Assembly: GCA_963837175.1 (NCBI GenBank)
Contig: CAWIMJ010000016.1
Span: 64,001-128,000 of the forward strand
Direction of reading: 5' to 3'
DNA length: 64,000 nt
Source of the DNA: an uncultured Nitrososphaeraceae archaeon
GTDB lineage: Archaea; Thermoproteota; Nitrososphaeria; Nitrososphaerales; Nitrososphaeraceae
The stretch's first letter is position 1. The number at the start of each line of letters is the position of its first letter. The notes below the pieces were generated by a model. The model was not told the DNA's origin. It saw nothing but the letters and a program-made list of their open reading frames with translations, and ran no database searches. The position numbers and the translations under genes are program-made. Shown here piece by piece: positions 10,700 through 21,416 of the stretch.

Positions 10700-11547
10700 A
10701 TGGCAGGACGAAAATACGTCGACCTGCCGTAGCAGGAATTTTTTATCCAAATGATCCTTTTGAACTTAACCGGGCAATAGAACGATCTTTTAAAGATCAG
10801 CGATTTGGACCAAATCATATGCCACCCTCTGAGTCCAAGCGCAGAATTTATGGAATTGTGTCACCTCATGCTGGATACATCTATTCGAGCGCGGTTGCTG
10901 CTAATGGGTTTTATGAGGTGTCATCAATGGAATTTGATGACGTCATAATGATAGGGCCTAATCATTACGGGATAGGAACAGGAGTTGCTATCATGAGTTC
11001 TGGCCTATGGGAAACACCATTAGGCCAAATTGAAATTAATCAGGATTTATCGTTGGCGATTTCTAAAAATTCAGGAATAATTGATTTAGATGATTTTGCC
11101 CATAGTAAAGATCATTGCCTAGAAGTTCAGTTACCGTTTGTTCAATACATAACAAAGAAGAAATTCAGAATTGTGCCGATTGTCTTAATAATGCAAGACA
11201 GACAGACTGCCGATGACATTGGTAGATCTATTGCACAATCCACTGTAAATACAAACAGCTTACTTATTGCATCGTCAGATTTTACTCACTATGAATCAAA
11301 CAGTGAGGCACATAGAAAAGATATGGAGCTAATAAATGCAATCCTATCTTTAGATATTTTAAAATTTTATACAACTTTGGAAAGAGAAAATGTATCTGCT
11401 TGTGGCTATGGTGCAATTGCTTCAATAATGACAGCTGCAAAAAACCTTGGCGCTACGAAGGGTGAATTACTAAGGTATGCTACAAGCGGAGATATTATTG
11501 GTGATACCAATACAGTAGTAGGATATTCATCAATTGTATTTGTATGA
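10696..11547 (+). CDS. MEMO1 family protein (AmmeMemoRadiSam system protein B)
   Basis: RRPAVAGIFYP, PHAGY, GPNH, ASSDFTHY, VVGY motifs. Confidence 0.92.
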   Translation: MNGRTKIRRPAVAGIFYPNDPFELNRAIERSFKDQRFGPNHMPPSESKRRIYGIVSPHAGYIYSSAVAANGFYEVSSMEFDDVIMIGPNHYGIGTGVAIMSSGLWETPLGQIEINQDLSLAISKNSGIIDLDDFAHSKDHCLEVQLPFVQYITKKKFRIVPIVLIMQDRQTADDIGRSIAQSTVNTNSLLIASSDFTHYESNSEAHRKDMELINAILSLDILKFYTTLERENVSACGYGAIASIMTAAKNLGATKGELLRYATSGDIIGDTNTVVGYSSIVFV

Positions 11548-12527
11548 ATTGGGAAAAATCCTACGCCGAAACTTCTGCACCGGCAAAAATTATTTTATTT
11601 GGCGAACATTTTGTTGTATACAATAAACCTGCAATCCTTGCATCTGTAACTAAGCGTATCAAAGTAGGCATACACTTGAATAATAGTAAAACCATCAATA
11701 TCAAATCAGACCTCGGCATTGAAGCCTCATATAAAGAATCAGATTTTAACATAATCAAAGGAGCAAACAATTCTCAGACCACTTTATATCCTCTGTATGA
11801 ATCTGCTAGAAGCGTACTTTCAGAAAGAAATCAAATTCTGGGATTAGACATAGTAGTGAATTCTGAATTTCCCTACGGCCTCGGTCTTGGATCTTCGGCT
11901 GCATCTTGCGTTGCAACAGTTGCTGCGGTAGATTCATTGTTTCATAAACCAGATAAGCAATATGTATGCGATAAAGCAATTAAGTCAGAACGTCTAATTC
12001 ATAATAATTCCTCAGGAGCAGATTGCTATATTTCCACCTTTGGAGGTCTAATGTATTATATTAAGAATACGAGTTTTAATAGAATCTATTGTAGAAAGGA
12101 TCTATCTTTGATAATAGGAAACACAGGAATCAGACATTCAACTGGAGCCTTAGTCTCTTTAGTAAAGAAATTCAAAGACGAAAATAGTTCATTGTTCAAT
12201 GATTTATCTCGTCATGCAGGGAATATATGTCGAGACGCTGTTACTGCGATTATGAAAGGCGATGAGAGAAAACTTGGAAAATTGATGAGAGAAAACCACA
12301 CTTTACTACAGCAAATAGGAGTCTCTCACGACAAAATTGACTATCTGGTGAATGTTTGTGTTGAGAACGGCGCATTAGGAGCGAAACTTACCGGTGCTGG
12401 GGGCGGAGGAATAATGATAGCATTAGTTCCACAAGAAGAAAAGTTAAAGATAATTTCAACTATTGAAAAAAATGGATTTGAATGTATAGACGTCGAAATT
12501 GACTTCAATGGATTGATGTTAAACTAA
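11544..12527 (+). CDS. mvk: Mevalonate kinase
   Basis: PAKIILFGEHFVVY, GLGSSAA and KLTGAGGGG GHMP motifs. Confidence 0.95.
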   Translation: MNWEKSYAETSAPAKIILFGEHFVVYNKPAILASVTKRIKVGIHLNNSKTINIKSDLGIEASYKESDFNIIKGANNSQTTLYPLYESARSVLSERNQILGLDIVVNSEFPYGLGLGSSAASCVATVAAVDSLFHKPDKQYVCDKAIKSERLIHNNSSGADCYISTFGGLMYYIKNTSFNRIYCRKDLSLIIGNTGIRHSTGALVSLVKKFKDENSSLFNDLSRHAGNICRDAVTAIMKGDERKLGKLMRENHTLLQQIGVSHDKIDYLVNVCVENGALGAKLTGAGGGGIMIALVPQEEKLKIISTIEKNGFECIDVEIDFNGLMLN

Positions 12528-12562
12528 ACTTTAAATCTACTTTAAAAATATAAAATTTCTAA

Positions 12563-13345
12563 ATGCGAAATGAGCTAGCTTTAATCAAGCTAGGTGGATC
12601 AGTAGTTACCCTTAAAGAAAAACCTCTTACCCCCAATCTTGCAGCGATTAATAATATCACAACTGTAATTGCCAGGCTTAGAATTCCAATAATAATCGTA
12701 CATGGGGGCGGTTCATTTGGACATTATTGGTCTGCAAAATATGATATGCATACAAAACCAGATGATTACGATCCATATGGAATATCAATAGTACATGAAT
12801 CGATGATACATCTAAACCAAATAATAGTTAACTCTATGATAAAGGAAAGAATAAACGCATATGCACTTATGCCTTCAACTTTTATATCAGGCCATAGACC
12901 AATTACAAGAAAAATTAACGAATTACAGGTTATTGCACAACATGGAATAATTCCTGTGACATTTGGAGATATTGTTCATATTAAGAAAACTAAGTTCTCT
13001 GTCTTATCAGGAGATGTGATAATGACAATCCTTGCTCAGGCTTTACATCCTTCAAAAGTCCTTTTTACTCTCAACGTTGACGGCATTTATAAGAATATTA
13101 AGGCCAAGAAGGTCATAAAAGAAATTAAGAATAAAAATAGGTCTATTGAGTTGTCAACTGTAAAAGCTGATGTAACAGGCGGTATGCAGAGAAAGGTTAC
13201 AGAAGCATTTAAGATAGCACGCTCTGGAATAGATGTAGTAATGCTAAATGGACTTAAGCCAGAACGAATCATAAATGCTATAAACGGTTCAGATTTTGAA
13301 GGTACCACTATTAAAAGAATAGGAGGCAAAAAACAAAGTGCCTAA
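12563..13345 (+). CDS. ipk: Isopentenyl phosphate kinase
   Basis: KLGGSVVT, HGGGSFGH, SGD, DVTGGM; sits between mvk and fni. Confidence 0.93.
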   Translation: MRNELALIKLGGSVVTLKEKPLTPNLAAINNITTVIARLRIPIIIVHGGGSFGHYWSAKYDMHTKPDDYDPYGISIVHESMIHLNQIIVNSMIKERINAYALMPSTFISGHRPITRKINELQVIAQHGIIPVTFGDIVHIKKTKFSVLSGDVIMTILAQALHPSKVLFTLNVDGIYKNIKAKKVIKEIKNKNRSIELSTVKADVTGGMQRKVTEAFKIARSGIDVVMLNGLKPERIINAINGSDFEGTTIKRIGGKKQSA

Positions 13346-14429
13346 TCTATCGGATCTTCCATCTGATATAGAAATTATAAAAAAACGCAAAAGAGAGGGC
13401 ATTGAAATACCACTGCAAAAAAATGTCCAATCTAAAACAACCTCTACATATTTGGAATATGTTAGCCTTATTCATAATGCTTTACCTGAACTTGACTATG
13501 ATGAGATTGATATTTCGACAACTTTTCTAAAACAGAGATTTTCTGCACCTCTCATTATAGATTCCATGACTGGAGGTGCTCCTGAGGCAGCCAAAATCAA
13601 CGGAAGACTAGGTGATCTCGCAGAAAAATATGGTTTTGCAATGGGTTTAGGTAGTCAACGGGCCGGTCTTGAAAGCAAGGAACTGGCAGAAACCTATTCT
13701 ATTGCAAGAAAAAATGCTCCTAGTGCATTCCTTATCGCAAATATTGGCGGAGCTCAGCTTGCAAAAGGCCTCACGATAGAAAATATAAAAGAGATCATTA
13801 ACATGATACAAGCCGATGCTCTTGTAATACACCTTAATCCATTGCAAGAGCTTATACAGCCAGAAGGAGAACCAAAATATAAAGGAGTTTTCTCGAAGAT
13901 TTCTGAAATCTCTAGAGACGTCGATGTACCTGTAATCGTAAAGGAAGTTGGCGCAGGGATCTCTAAAGAAGTAGCAGTTAAGCTAGAGATGGCAGGTGTA
14001 GCTGCAATCAATGTTGCAGGAGCTGGCGGAACAAGCTGGGCGGGAGTCGAAAAGTTGCGTGCGGAGGCATCAAATAATGATCTTAAAATGCACCTAGGCG
14101 AAATTTTTTGGGATTGGGGAATACCTACAGCAGCCAGTCTTATTGAAGTAAAAAAAACAGTCGAACTACCAATTATTGCTTCAGGTGGCTTGCGAAACGG
14201 TCTGGAAATTGCAAAGTGTATTGCCTTGGGTGCAAGTATGTGTGCGATGGCTTATCCTTTTTTGTTAAGAGCGGCAGAATCAAGCGAACATTTGTTTAAT
14301 TTTGCTGATACTATTATAGCTGAACTTAAGAGTACCATGTTTCTCGTTGGTGCGATTAATCTTTCTGTTTTGAAAAGCTCAAGGTATATATTGACAGGAC
14401 CTTTAGCAGATCAGGTCAGCAATCGATGA
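13338..14429 (+). CDS. fni: Type 2 isopentenyl-diphosphate delta-isomerase
   Basis: MTGG, GSQRAG, HLNPLQE, KEVGAG, GGTSW, ASGG motifs. Confidence 0.96.
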   Translation: MPNLSDLPSDIEIIKKRKREGIEIPLQKNVQSKTTSTYLEYVSLIHNALPELDYDEIDISTTFLKQRFSAPLIIDSMTGGAPEAAKINGRLGDLAEKYGFAMGLGSQRAGLESKELAETYSIARKNAPSAFLIANIGGAQLAKGLTIENIKEIINMIQADALVIHLNPLQELIQPEGEPKYKGVFSKISEISRDVDVPVIVKEVGAGISKEVAVKLEMAGVAAINVAGAGGTSWAGVEKLRAEASNNDLKMHLGEIFWDWGIPTAASLIEVKKTVELPIIASGGLRNGLEIAKCIALGASMCAMAYPFLLRAAESSEHLFNFADTIIAELKSTMFLVGAINLSVLKSSRYILTGPLADQVSNR

Positions 14430-15430
14430 AAGCAAGTAGTATTAGAGATGAGCTTGAATCTAATGCTAGTATGTTAACTGATTTTATTCGCTCATATTTG
14501 CAGGGCGAACCCAAAGAGCTCTATCAGGCGTCAGAACATTATATTTTAAGCGGAGGTAAACGACTGCGGCCTTTCATGACAATTAAAACATGTGAAATGT
14601 TGGGCGGCAATTTAAGAAGGGCATTACCTCCAGCCGCAGCAGTAGAAATGATCCATAATTTCTCTTTGGTGCATGACGATATAATGGATAATGATGATAT
14701 GCGTCATAATATTCCGACTGTTCACAATTATTATGGCACACCTCTTGCTATATTGTCAGGAGACATTCTCTTTTCTAAAGCATTCAAATTATTGGTGGCA
14801 GAGGGAAGAAAAGTAGGGCATTCGGAGAGTGCAATTTCTGAAATGGTAGCACGACTTTCAAATGCATGTATTTATGTGTGTGAAGGGCAGGCTACTGACA
14901 TTGGCATGACATTAAATCGGCGATTCTCTAGTGGATCGAATTATATTGACATGATAGGTAAAAAAACAGCCGCGCTATTCGAAGTCTCTTGTGCATTAGG
15001 CGCATTATCAGTAATAGATTCAGACAATGAAGATGTAGAAAATCTATCCTCGTTTGGAAGGAACGTAGGAATTGCATTCCAACTTATTGATGATTTAATA
15101 GGAATAACAGGAGATCCAAAACTTACAGGAAAGTCAGTAGGAAATGATATTAGGGAGGGTAAAAAGACATATCCCATTCTTCTCGCTCTTAGAAACGCGA
15201 AAGAGAAGGAGAGAAGTAAAATCATCAAAGTTTTCGGAAAGAATTCGTCAACGGCTGACCTAAAATTAGCAGTTAGAACCATTTCAGATATAGGCATAGA
15301 AAAACAGGTAAAAAAGGCTGCAAAATCACATATTGATAGGGCAATCAAATCAATTGAACGATATAGTTATTCATATGCAAAGGAGATACTTGAATCGTCG
15401 GCTAATTTTATAGTAGAAAGGAGCCTGTAA
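14426..15430 (+). CDS. Geranylgeranyl diphosphate synthase (polyprenyl synthetase)
   Basis: GGKRLRP, FSLVHDDIMD (first Asp-rich motif), KTA, FQLIDD (second). Confidence 0.93.
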   Translation: MKASSIRDELESNASMLTDFIRSYLQGEPKELYQASEHYILSGGKRLRPFMTIKTCEMLGGNLRRALPPAAAVEMIHNFSLVHDDIMDNDDMRHNIPTVHNYYGTPLAILSGDILFSKAFKLLVAEGRKVGHSESAISEMVARLSNACIYVCEGQATDIGMTLNRRFSSGSNYIDMIGKKTAALFEVSCALGALSVIDSDNEDVENLSSFGRNVGIAFQLIDDLIGITGDPKLTGKSVGNDIREGKKTYPILLALRNAKEKERSKIIKVFGKNSSTADLKLAVRTISDIGIEKQVKKAAKSHIDRAIKSIERYSYSYAKEILESSANFIVERSL

Positions 15431-15436
15431 TAACAA

Positions 15437-17176
15437 GTGTCCTTTGATGAAGAAACAGAAAACATTACCAGAATCATAACACTAAAAAATGCTGTAGAAC
15501 ATGATGGCAAAGCAATGGCTGATGCCGTCATTGCAAAAATTGCCGCTTCCAGACCCAATCTTCGAAGTAATTTGAAGAACATCATTCCTGAAGTTAAAAA
15601 CTTGGTACAAAAGATCAATTCATTGCCATTATCCGACCAAAAAGCATTCCTTGAAGAAATTGCACCTGAGGAATCAAAGAAAAAAAAGAAAGTGTACGAA
15701 GCAGACCAGATACATCTTCCACCATTGCAAGGTGCAACAATGGGAAATGTGGTTACAAGGTTTCCTCCTGAACCCAATGGCTATCCTCATCTAGGACATG
15801 CCAAGGCAGCAATTATAGATGAAGAATATGCGCGTCTATATAATGGCAAATTAATTCTACGCTTTGATGATACTAATCCCGTAAATGAAAAGTTAGAATA
15901 TTATGATGCAATAAAGGAGGGATTAGAGTGGCTTGGAGTAAAGTTTGATGTCACAAAAAATACTTCTGACGATATTCAACTATTATACAAATACGGTAAA
16001 AAATTGATAATGGCTGGTGGAGCTTATGTATGTACGTGTCCTCAAAAAATTATACATAATCGCAGAGCAGATGGACTTCCTTGTGAGTGTAGAAAAGATC
16101 CAGCTGTTGCTATAGAAAGATTTCCAAAAGTTTTTGATGGATCTTTTAACCAAAACGATGCAATTATCAGATTCAAAGGAGATATGTCTGACCAAAATAC
16201 TGCTATGAGAGATCCGACACTTTTTAGAATATTAGAATGCAATCATCCGAAATTAGGAAATAAAATTCGAGTTTGGCCTACGTATGATTTTGCTGCACCT
16301 ATTGAAGATAGTCTTGATGGTGTGACTCATGCCATGCGCACAAAAGAGTACGAACTGCGTAATGAATTGTATTTTGCAATACTTGATAGACTAGGACTTA
16401 GGAAACCTATTATGATCGAATTTTCAAGATTAGATTTTGACGGAATTCCTGTTTCTAAAAGAAAAATAAAACCGTTGATAGAGAAGGGAATTATAAAAAG
16501 TTGGGATGATCCTCGCCTTCCTACTTTAATGGCAATGAGAAGAAGAGGCTTTTTACCTGAAGCAATAAGACTATTTGTTCTGTCTTTAGGTATGACACGT
16601 GCTGAAACAAAACCACCCTTTGAGGCTCTCGAAGCCTTTAACAGGAAAATTATTGATCCTCAATGTATAAGATTATTTTTTGTAAATAATCCTGTGGAAT
16701 TACATATTAAGAATATTACATCATCAAATGAAATAATATTGAAAAATCATCCTAATAGAGACTTTGGCTTTCGAAAAGTCAAGGTCTCAAATTCCTTTTA
16801 TATTTCTGGTGACGACGCAGTCAAACTTAATGTCGGAGACGAAATTAGATTAATGGAATTATATAATATTAAAATAGTCGAGATCAAATCAGAAAATCAT
16901 AAAAAACTCCTGATAGCAAACTCCATAGGAGATGAGTTAAAACAGGCTATTCCTAAAATTCAATGGGTCGCAAAGAATAATATAGTTCCTTTCAAAGTTA
17001 TGATTGCAAGAGAGCTATACATAGGTGAAGTCTATAACATAAACAGTCTCAATATCTCTGAAGGATTTGCTGAAGCATTTGTGTCCACACTGGAATACGG
17101 AACTATATCTCAATTCGTAAGATTTGGTTTCTGCAGACTGGACGAAAATAATACCGCTATATTTACTCATAGGTAG
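15437..17176 (+). CDS. gltX: Glutamate--tRNA ligase (archaeal type)
   Basis: RFPPEPNGYPHLGH (HIGH), RFDDTNP, SKRK, WDDPRL, QFVRFGF. Confidence 0.96.
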   Translation: MSFDEETENITRIITLKNAVEHDGKAMADAVIAKIAASRPNLRSNLKNIIPEVKNLVQKINSLPLSDQKAFLEEIAPEESKKKKKVYEADQIHLPPLQGATMGNVVTRFPPEPNGYPHLGHAKAAIIDEEYARLYNGKLILRFDDTNPVNEKLEYYDAIKEGLEWLGVKFDVTKNTSDDIQLLYKYGKKLIMAGGAYVCTCPQKIIHNRRADGLPCECRKDPAVAIERFPKVFDGSFNQNDAIIRFKGDMSDQNTAMRDPTLFRILECNHPKLGNKIRVWPTYDFAAPIEDSLDGVTHAMRTKEYELRNELYFAILDRLGLRKPIMIEFSRLDFDGIPVSKRKIKPLIEKGIIKSWDDPRLPTLMAMRRRGFLPEAIRLFVLSLGMTRAETKPPFEALEAFNRKIIDPQCIRLFFVNNPVELHIKNITSSNEIILKNHPNRDFGFRKVKVSNSFYISGDDAVKLNVGDEIRLMELYNIKIVEIKSENHKKLLIANSIGDELKQAIPKIQWVAKNNIVPFKVMIARELYIGEVYNINSLNISEGFAEAFVSTLEYGTISQFVRFGFCRLDENNTAIFTHR

Positions 17177-18058
17177 ATGAAAACAATAATGAAGATAGCA
17201 CGAATAAAAAATGCGATTATAGGTGAGACATATGCCATTGTTTCTGATGATGAAAAGAAAATAATCACAAAATCGGAAATTCAGGAACAAACTGGCATTC
17301 CTATTCCTCCTCGCATTAAGGAATTTATGTTTGAAGGTTGGTTAAAAGAAGTCAAAGAATATCAAGGAGCATTAGAATATATTCACAGAATTGAAGATGT
17401 CGGGCTGTTAGCCCCTCTCCCCAATCCATCCAAGATAATTTGTCTCGCTTTTAACTATTATGATCATGCAAGAGACGCGGGATTAACACCGTCTGATGAA
17501 CCTGTAATATTTATGAAACCAAGAACTACATTAAATCCTCCCTTTAGTGACATCATTTGCCCTTCGTTTGTCAAACGCTTAGATTATGAAGCAGAAATTG
17601 CTGCCATAATAGGAAAGGATACTAAAAAGGTATCTGAAGAGAACGCGCTTGATTCTATTTTTGGATATATGATCTTACATGATGTATCTGCCAGAGATAT
17701 CCAGTTCAAAGACAAACAATTTACAAGGGGAAAAAGTATTGATACTTTTGCACCTTGTGGTCCTTGGATTACAACCAAAGACGAAATAGAGGATCCACAG
17801 AACTTAAAGATTATTACTAAGGTTAACGGTGAGACACGACAGAATTCATCTAGTATAAATATGGTGATACCTATAAAGAAAATAATTTCGAGTTTGAGTA
17901 TGCTCATGACGATAGAAGCAGGTGATATAATTTCAACAGGAACTCCAGCAGGTGTAGCAATGTCTATGAAGGAACCAAAATATCTAAAGGATGATGACAT
18001 CGTTGAAATCTCCATAGAAAGGCTCGGGATGATTAGAAATCGCATTGTGTTTCAATAA
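17177..18058 (+). CDS. Fumarylacetoacetate hydrolase family protein
   Basis: KIICLAFNYYDH, LDYEAE, DVSARD, GDIISTGTPAGV. Confidence 0.92.
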   Translation: MKTIMKIARIKNAIIGETYAIVSDDEKKIITKSEIQEQTGIPIPPRIKEFMFEGWLKEVKEYQGALEYIHRIEDVGLLAPLPNPSKIICLAFNYYDHARDAGLTPSDEPVIFMKPRTTLNPPFSDIICPSFVKRLDYEAEIAAIIGKDTKKVSEENALDSIFGYMILHDVSARDIQFKDKQFTRGKSIDTFAPCGPWITTKDEIEDPQNLKIITKVNGETRQNSSSINMVIPIKKIISSLSMLMTIEAGDIISTGTPAGVAMSMKEPKYLKDDDIVEISIERLGMIRNRIVFQ

Positions 18059-18477
18059 CAATGAAAACATAGGCTGTGAAAAGAGAACATTAATGTAGAT
18101 CGTTCTTATCCAATGTGGAATAATGTAAGGATTATGGTACATCAAGAAGAATGATAGAAATCAAATTCGATTCTTCTTCCCTACACTCCTTTTATCTATT
18201 TTTATTCTTTATTATTCTTAATCTAATCATTTCGATTTTTAATAATTTTGCATAAGCTGCAAAATGGATCATTGCCCTATTAAAAAGCATCTAATGTTCT
18301 TCGATCTGCATTTTCATCTATGGCTTGTACAAGTTGATCTACTCATCAGAATGCATTAAAAGTGTTTATTTTGGGGCATTTGTCATTATTTTATAAAGCA
18401 TTTAATATCAAAATTGAATTATCTATCGCTAATGATAACAATATATTTATTTAGTATAAATAGAATTTGAAGGTTAT

Positions 18478-19320
18478 ATGGTAGTTGACAATAAAGGAAC
18501 ATGCACATATGTCCGTGTGCTCAAGGAAGATCTTTCTATTATCCGTGTAACTCCTTCTGACGGTCCAGTCCCAGATTTCAAAGCTGGCCAATTTGTTACT
18601 TTAGGAACTTATATACCAACTGAAGGAAAAATCATACGAAGGGCATATTCTATTGCTTCTCCACCTGAGCAAAAAAAATTTTTTGAATTGCTCATTAGAT
18701 GGGTAAGGAAACCTGTTCCAGGTCGACTAACCACTGACTTGTTCAATAAAAAAGAAGGTGACGAAGTCTTTTGGGTCAAACCCGTTGGAATATTTACTGT
18801 TAATGAAAAGATGCATGATGGATCGCCTGACAACAGAAGGATGGTTTTAATAGGCGGTGGCACAGGTCTTGCGCCCTTTATAGCGTATACTTTACATCTC
18901 AAATCAATTGGAAGTAAACGAGAGATAATTGTCCTACACGGTGCTAGTTACGTAGATGAACTAAGTTATCGTGAATTGTTAACTGATTTGGAAGAAGAGA
19001 GTTTAGATAAAGGTAGGGATAAATGGAACTTCAGGTATAGAGCGAGTATCAGTAGGCCTCAAGAGTGGTTCAATAGGACATGGAGTGGTCAGAAAGGAAG
19101 AGTAGAATCATTCCTAAGACCTATGCCTGGCACAGACCGATCACCTTTAGAAGAACTAGTGGGCGAAAAGATAACGCCAGAAAATACTTCATTTTATGTG
19201 TGCGGATGGCAAGGTACTGTAGATGGAGCACTCGATTACTTGGTTCCAAAGGGTTTTGTTACTGAACGAAATAAGAGAAAAGATGGAAGCTATGATGTAA
19301 AGTTCGAATCATATGGCTAA
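18478..19320 (+). CDS. Ferredoxin--NADP+ reductase family (FAD/NADP-binding)
   Basis: FKAGQF, RRAYSIAS, GRLT, GGTGLAPF, YVCG and C-terminal ESYG. Confidence 0.9.
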   Translation: MVVDNKGTCTYVRVLKEDLSIIRVTPSDGPVPDFKAGQFVTLGTYIPTEGKIIRRAYSIASPPEQKKFFELLIRWVRKPVPGRLTTDLFNKKEGDEVFWVKPVGIFTVNEKMHDGSPDNRRMVLIGGGTGLAPFIAYTLHLKSIGSKREIIVLHGASYVDELSYRELLTDLEEESLDKGRDKWNFRYRASISRPQEWFNRTWSGQKGRVESFLRPMPGTDRSPLEELVGEKITPENTSFYVCGWQGTVDGALDYLVPKGFVTERNKRKDGSYDVKFESYG

Positions 19321-19381
19321 GTAAAGTTCACTTTTTCCAGTTTTTAAAGCCTTATATCATGGAAACATCGACAACTAATAT

Positions 19382-19717
19382 ATGAAATTTGAATTTGAAG
19401 AATTCTCGACGGTAGAAGATGTTTTTCTTTACCTAGTATCTGTTGCACCATATATGAAACAGGTTCTACCTGTCAGCTCTTATAAAGGCTATGTGTTTTC
19501 CATTGTGCCTTTGACACCGCTTTCAGGAGATGTACTCATGATGATCTATACGAAAGGTGAGATGGAAACAGGAATGATAGAATTTGACATTTCGACTAAG
19601 AAATACAAAATAGTATCTGCAGTTGAAAGAGCCGATAAAAATTACTTTATCATCTTGACGCCTAAAAATGCAACTATCGCAGACAGTGCCATTCAGTATT
19701 TAGAATCTAAAGAATAA
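19382..19717 (+). CDS. Hypothetical protein
   Basis: Clean 111-aa ATG ORF in an otherwise empty gap, with protein-like composition. Confidence 0.75.
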   Translation: MKFEFEEFSTVEDVFLYLVSVAPYMKQVLPVSSYKGYVFSIVPLTPLSGDVLMMIYTKGEMETGMIEFDISTKKYKIVSAVERADKNYFIILTPKNATIADSAIQYLESKE

Positions 19718-19744
19718 ATATAATTAGAAAATTTTTACAATTTT

Positions 19745-21319
19745 TTAGAGACTTGGTGGTGCAGGGGCTGTCACCGATCGGTGTCTGGCATACCTATCAA
19801 CGATATCTTCAGGGTGCTCTCCATTAAAGAGATCTTTTGATAATCCCCGCAGATATTTCATTATAGCCCAAGTTCCAGCCTTTATTAATCCAGCCATGAA
19901 TACTTTCATTGCAGGACCATATGTCTTATTTCTGATAATTATAGGAATTATATCGTTGATTACCCATAAGTTGTGCTGCCAACATTTCCAGAATAAAGTG
20001 AATTGTGCTTCATTTAAGTTCCCAAAGTGCATAGAATTCTTCTCTGAAAAATCCTGGTAAAGTAGTGGCGCAACTAAACCTCTCATATTCATTTCTCTAA
20101 AGTCCTCAATAAGATCTATTGTATACTGTGTCTCATCGGGAGTTTCATCTGGCCATCCTATAATAAGCGTCAATGCAGGAAACCAATGATTTTGGTTTAG
20201 AATTTTACAACCCTCTCTTACTACTGCGCCCCATTCCTCAGGCTGATATGGCTTTGTCTTTACGCCTAGATGCTTTTTTACCATGCTAGGCGCTACTGTC
20301 TCTACTCCTAAATTAGTTGCAAGCCACCTTCCGCTCGCCTCCATGTTGTTTACCGTGGAAAGACTCTTGATAAGGCCTGGTGAAGACGTAACGGCTGATA
20401 ACGTCATATGGGTAGTTCCCACAAAATTTGCGCCCACAGATTTTAATCCTTTCCATACATCCAAAATTGCATCAGAATTTGGAATAAAATTCTTGTTGTC
20501 ACATCCATAAAGGAGCATTTCATCTGACTGAAGCCAAATAGAATCAAAGCCGTATTTCAAATTAATCCGGGCCTCGGTCAGCAATCTATCTAATGGTATA
20601 TCTTTCTTTGACCGTTTGTTAACATCACAAAAGTCACAACCCCTTCCACAACCACGCATTGCTTCGATCAAGGAATTTATTGTTGGGCCTCTTATCAAAG
20701 GAATGTTGTCAATATTTCTAACAAATGTGTGAAGTAATTCTGGTGCATCATCTCCCTCTAAATCTTGAAAAAGGTCCAGTGCAAGTTCATCAGCCTCGCC
20801 AATTACAACTGTATCAATTCCATGGATCTTCATTCTGTCAGGCTTAGCTAATTCCCAAGAACCATTTCCACCAACTACCACTTTAAAGTTAAACTTCTTT
20901 TTTAATTGTATGATTGAAGCACACATCTTCTTAAATTTCATAGCAACATAAGACAGTTTTTCTGGGGACATTGTTGTAGTAACTGGTGCCATACCCAGCG
21001 GATCCATTACATTAATACCCACCACTTTTGTGTCTGATCCTATACATTTATCAAGCATTTCTGGATGAGCAAGGAAAATATCTTCTCGCTTGTATTCTTT
21101 CAAAAGGGCTCCTTCGATTCTTCTTAATCCACATTGGGAAACCTTAACCTCTCCGGTAATTTTGTCAGTCTCGACGCTTGGACAAAATAATTTATCGAAG
21201 ACAAATTCAGGAACTAACTCATAAGGTCCGCATGCAATGAAACCATAAAGGAAGTTTCCTCTATAATTGGTCATTAGGCTACGGTCCGCTGTTAAAACTA
21301 TACGTCTACCAGCCGCCAT
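19745..21319 (-). CDS. Cobalamin-binding radical SAM protein, GDGT ring synthase (Grs)-like
   Basis: RGCGRGCDFC CxxxCxxC motif and a B12-domain VVVGG...GEAD. The N-terminal LTADRSLMTNY...LRRIEGAL and MDPLGMAP resemble the Grs family from memory; subfamily unverified. Confidence 0.8.
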   Translation of the reverse strand: MAAGRRIVLTADRSLMTNYRGNFLYGFIACGPYELVPEFVFDKLFCPSVETDKITGEVKVSQCGLRRIEGALLKEYKREDIFLAHPEMLDKCIGSDTKVVGINVMDPLGMAPVTTTMSPEKLSYVAMKFKKMCASIIQLKKKFNFKVVVGGNGSWELAKPDRMKIHGIDTVVIGEADELALDLFQDLEGDDAPELLHTFVRNIDNIPLIRGPTINSLIEAMRGCGRGCDFCDVNKRSKKDIPLDRLLTEARINLKYGFDSIWLQSDEMLLYGCDNKNFIPNSDAILDVWKGLKSVGANFVGTTHMTLSAVTSSPGLIKSLSTVNNMEASGRWLATNLGVETVAPSMVKKHLGVKTKPYQPEEWGAVVREGCKILNQNHWFPALTLIIGWPDETPDETQYTIDLIEDFREMNMRGLVAPLLYQDFSEKNSMHFGNLNEAQFTLFWKCWQHNLWVINDIIPIIIRNKTYGPAMKVFMAGLIKAGTWAIMKYLRGLSKDLFNGEHPEDIVDRYARHRSVTAPAPPSL

Positions 21320-21416
21320 TTCTATTCTGTATCCTCTCCAATTCGTCTACAAATTCGATATAAATCTATTACCATAACGTTTCTAGTATGGTCAGTAGGT
21401 TATCCACTTTAATTAA

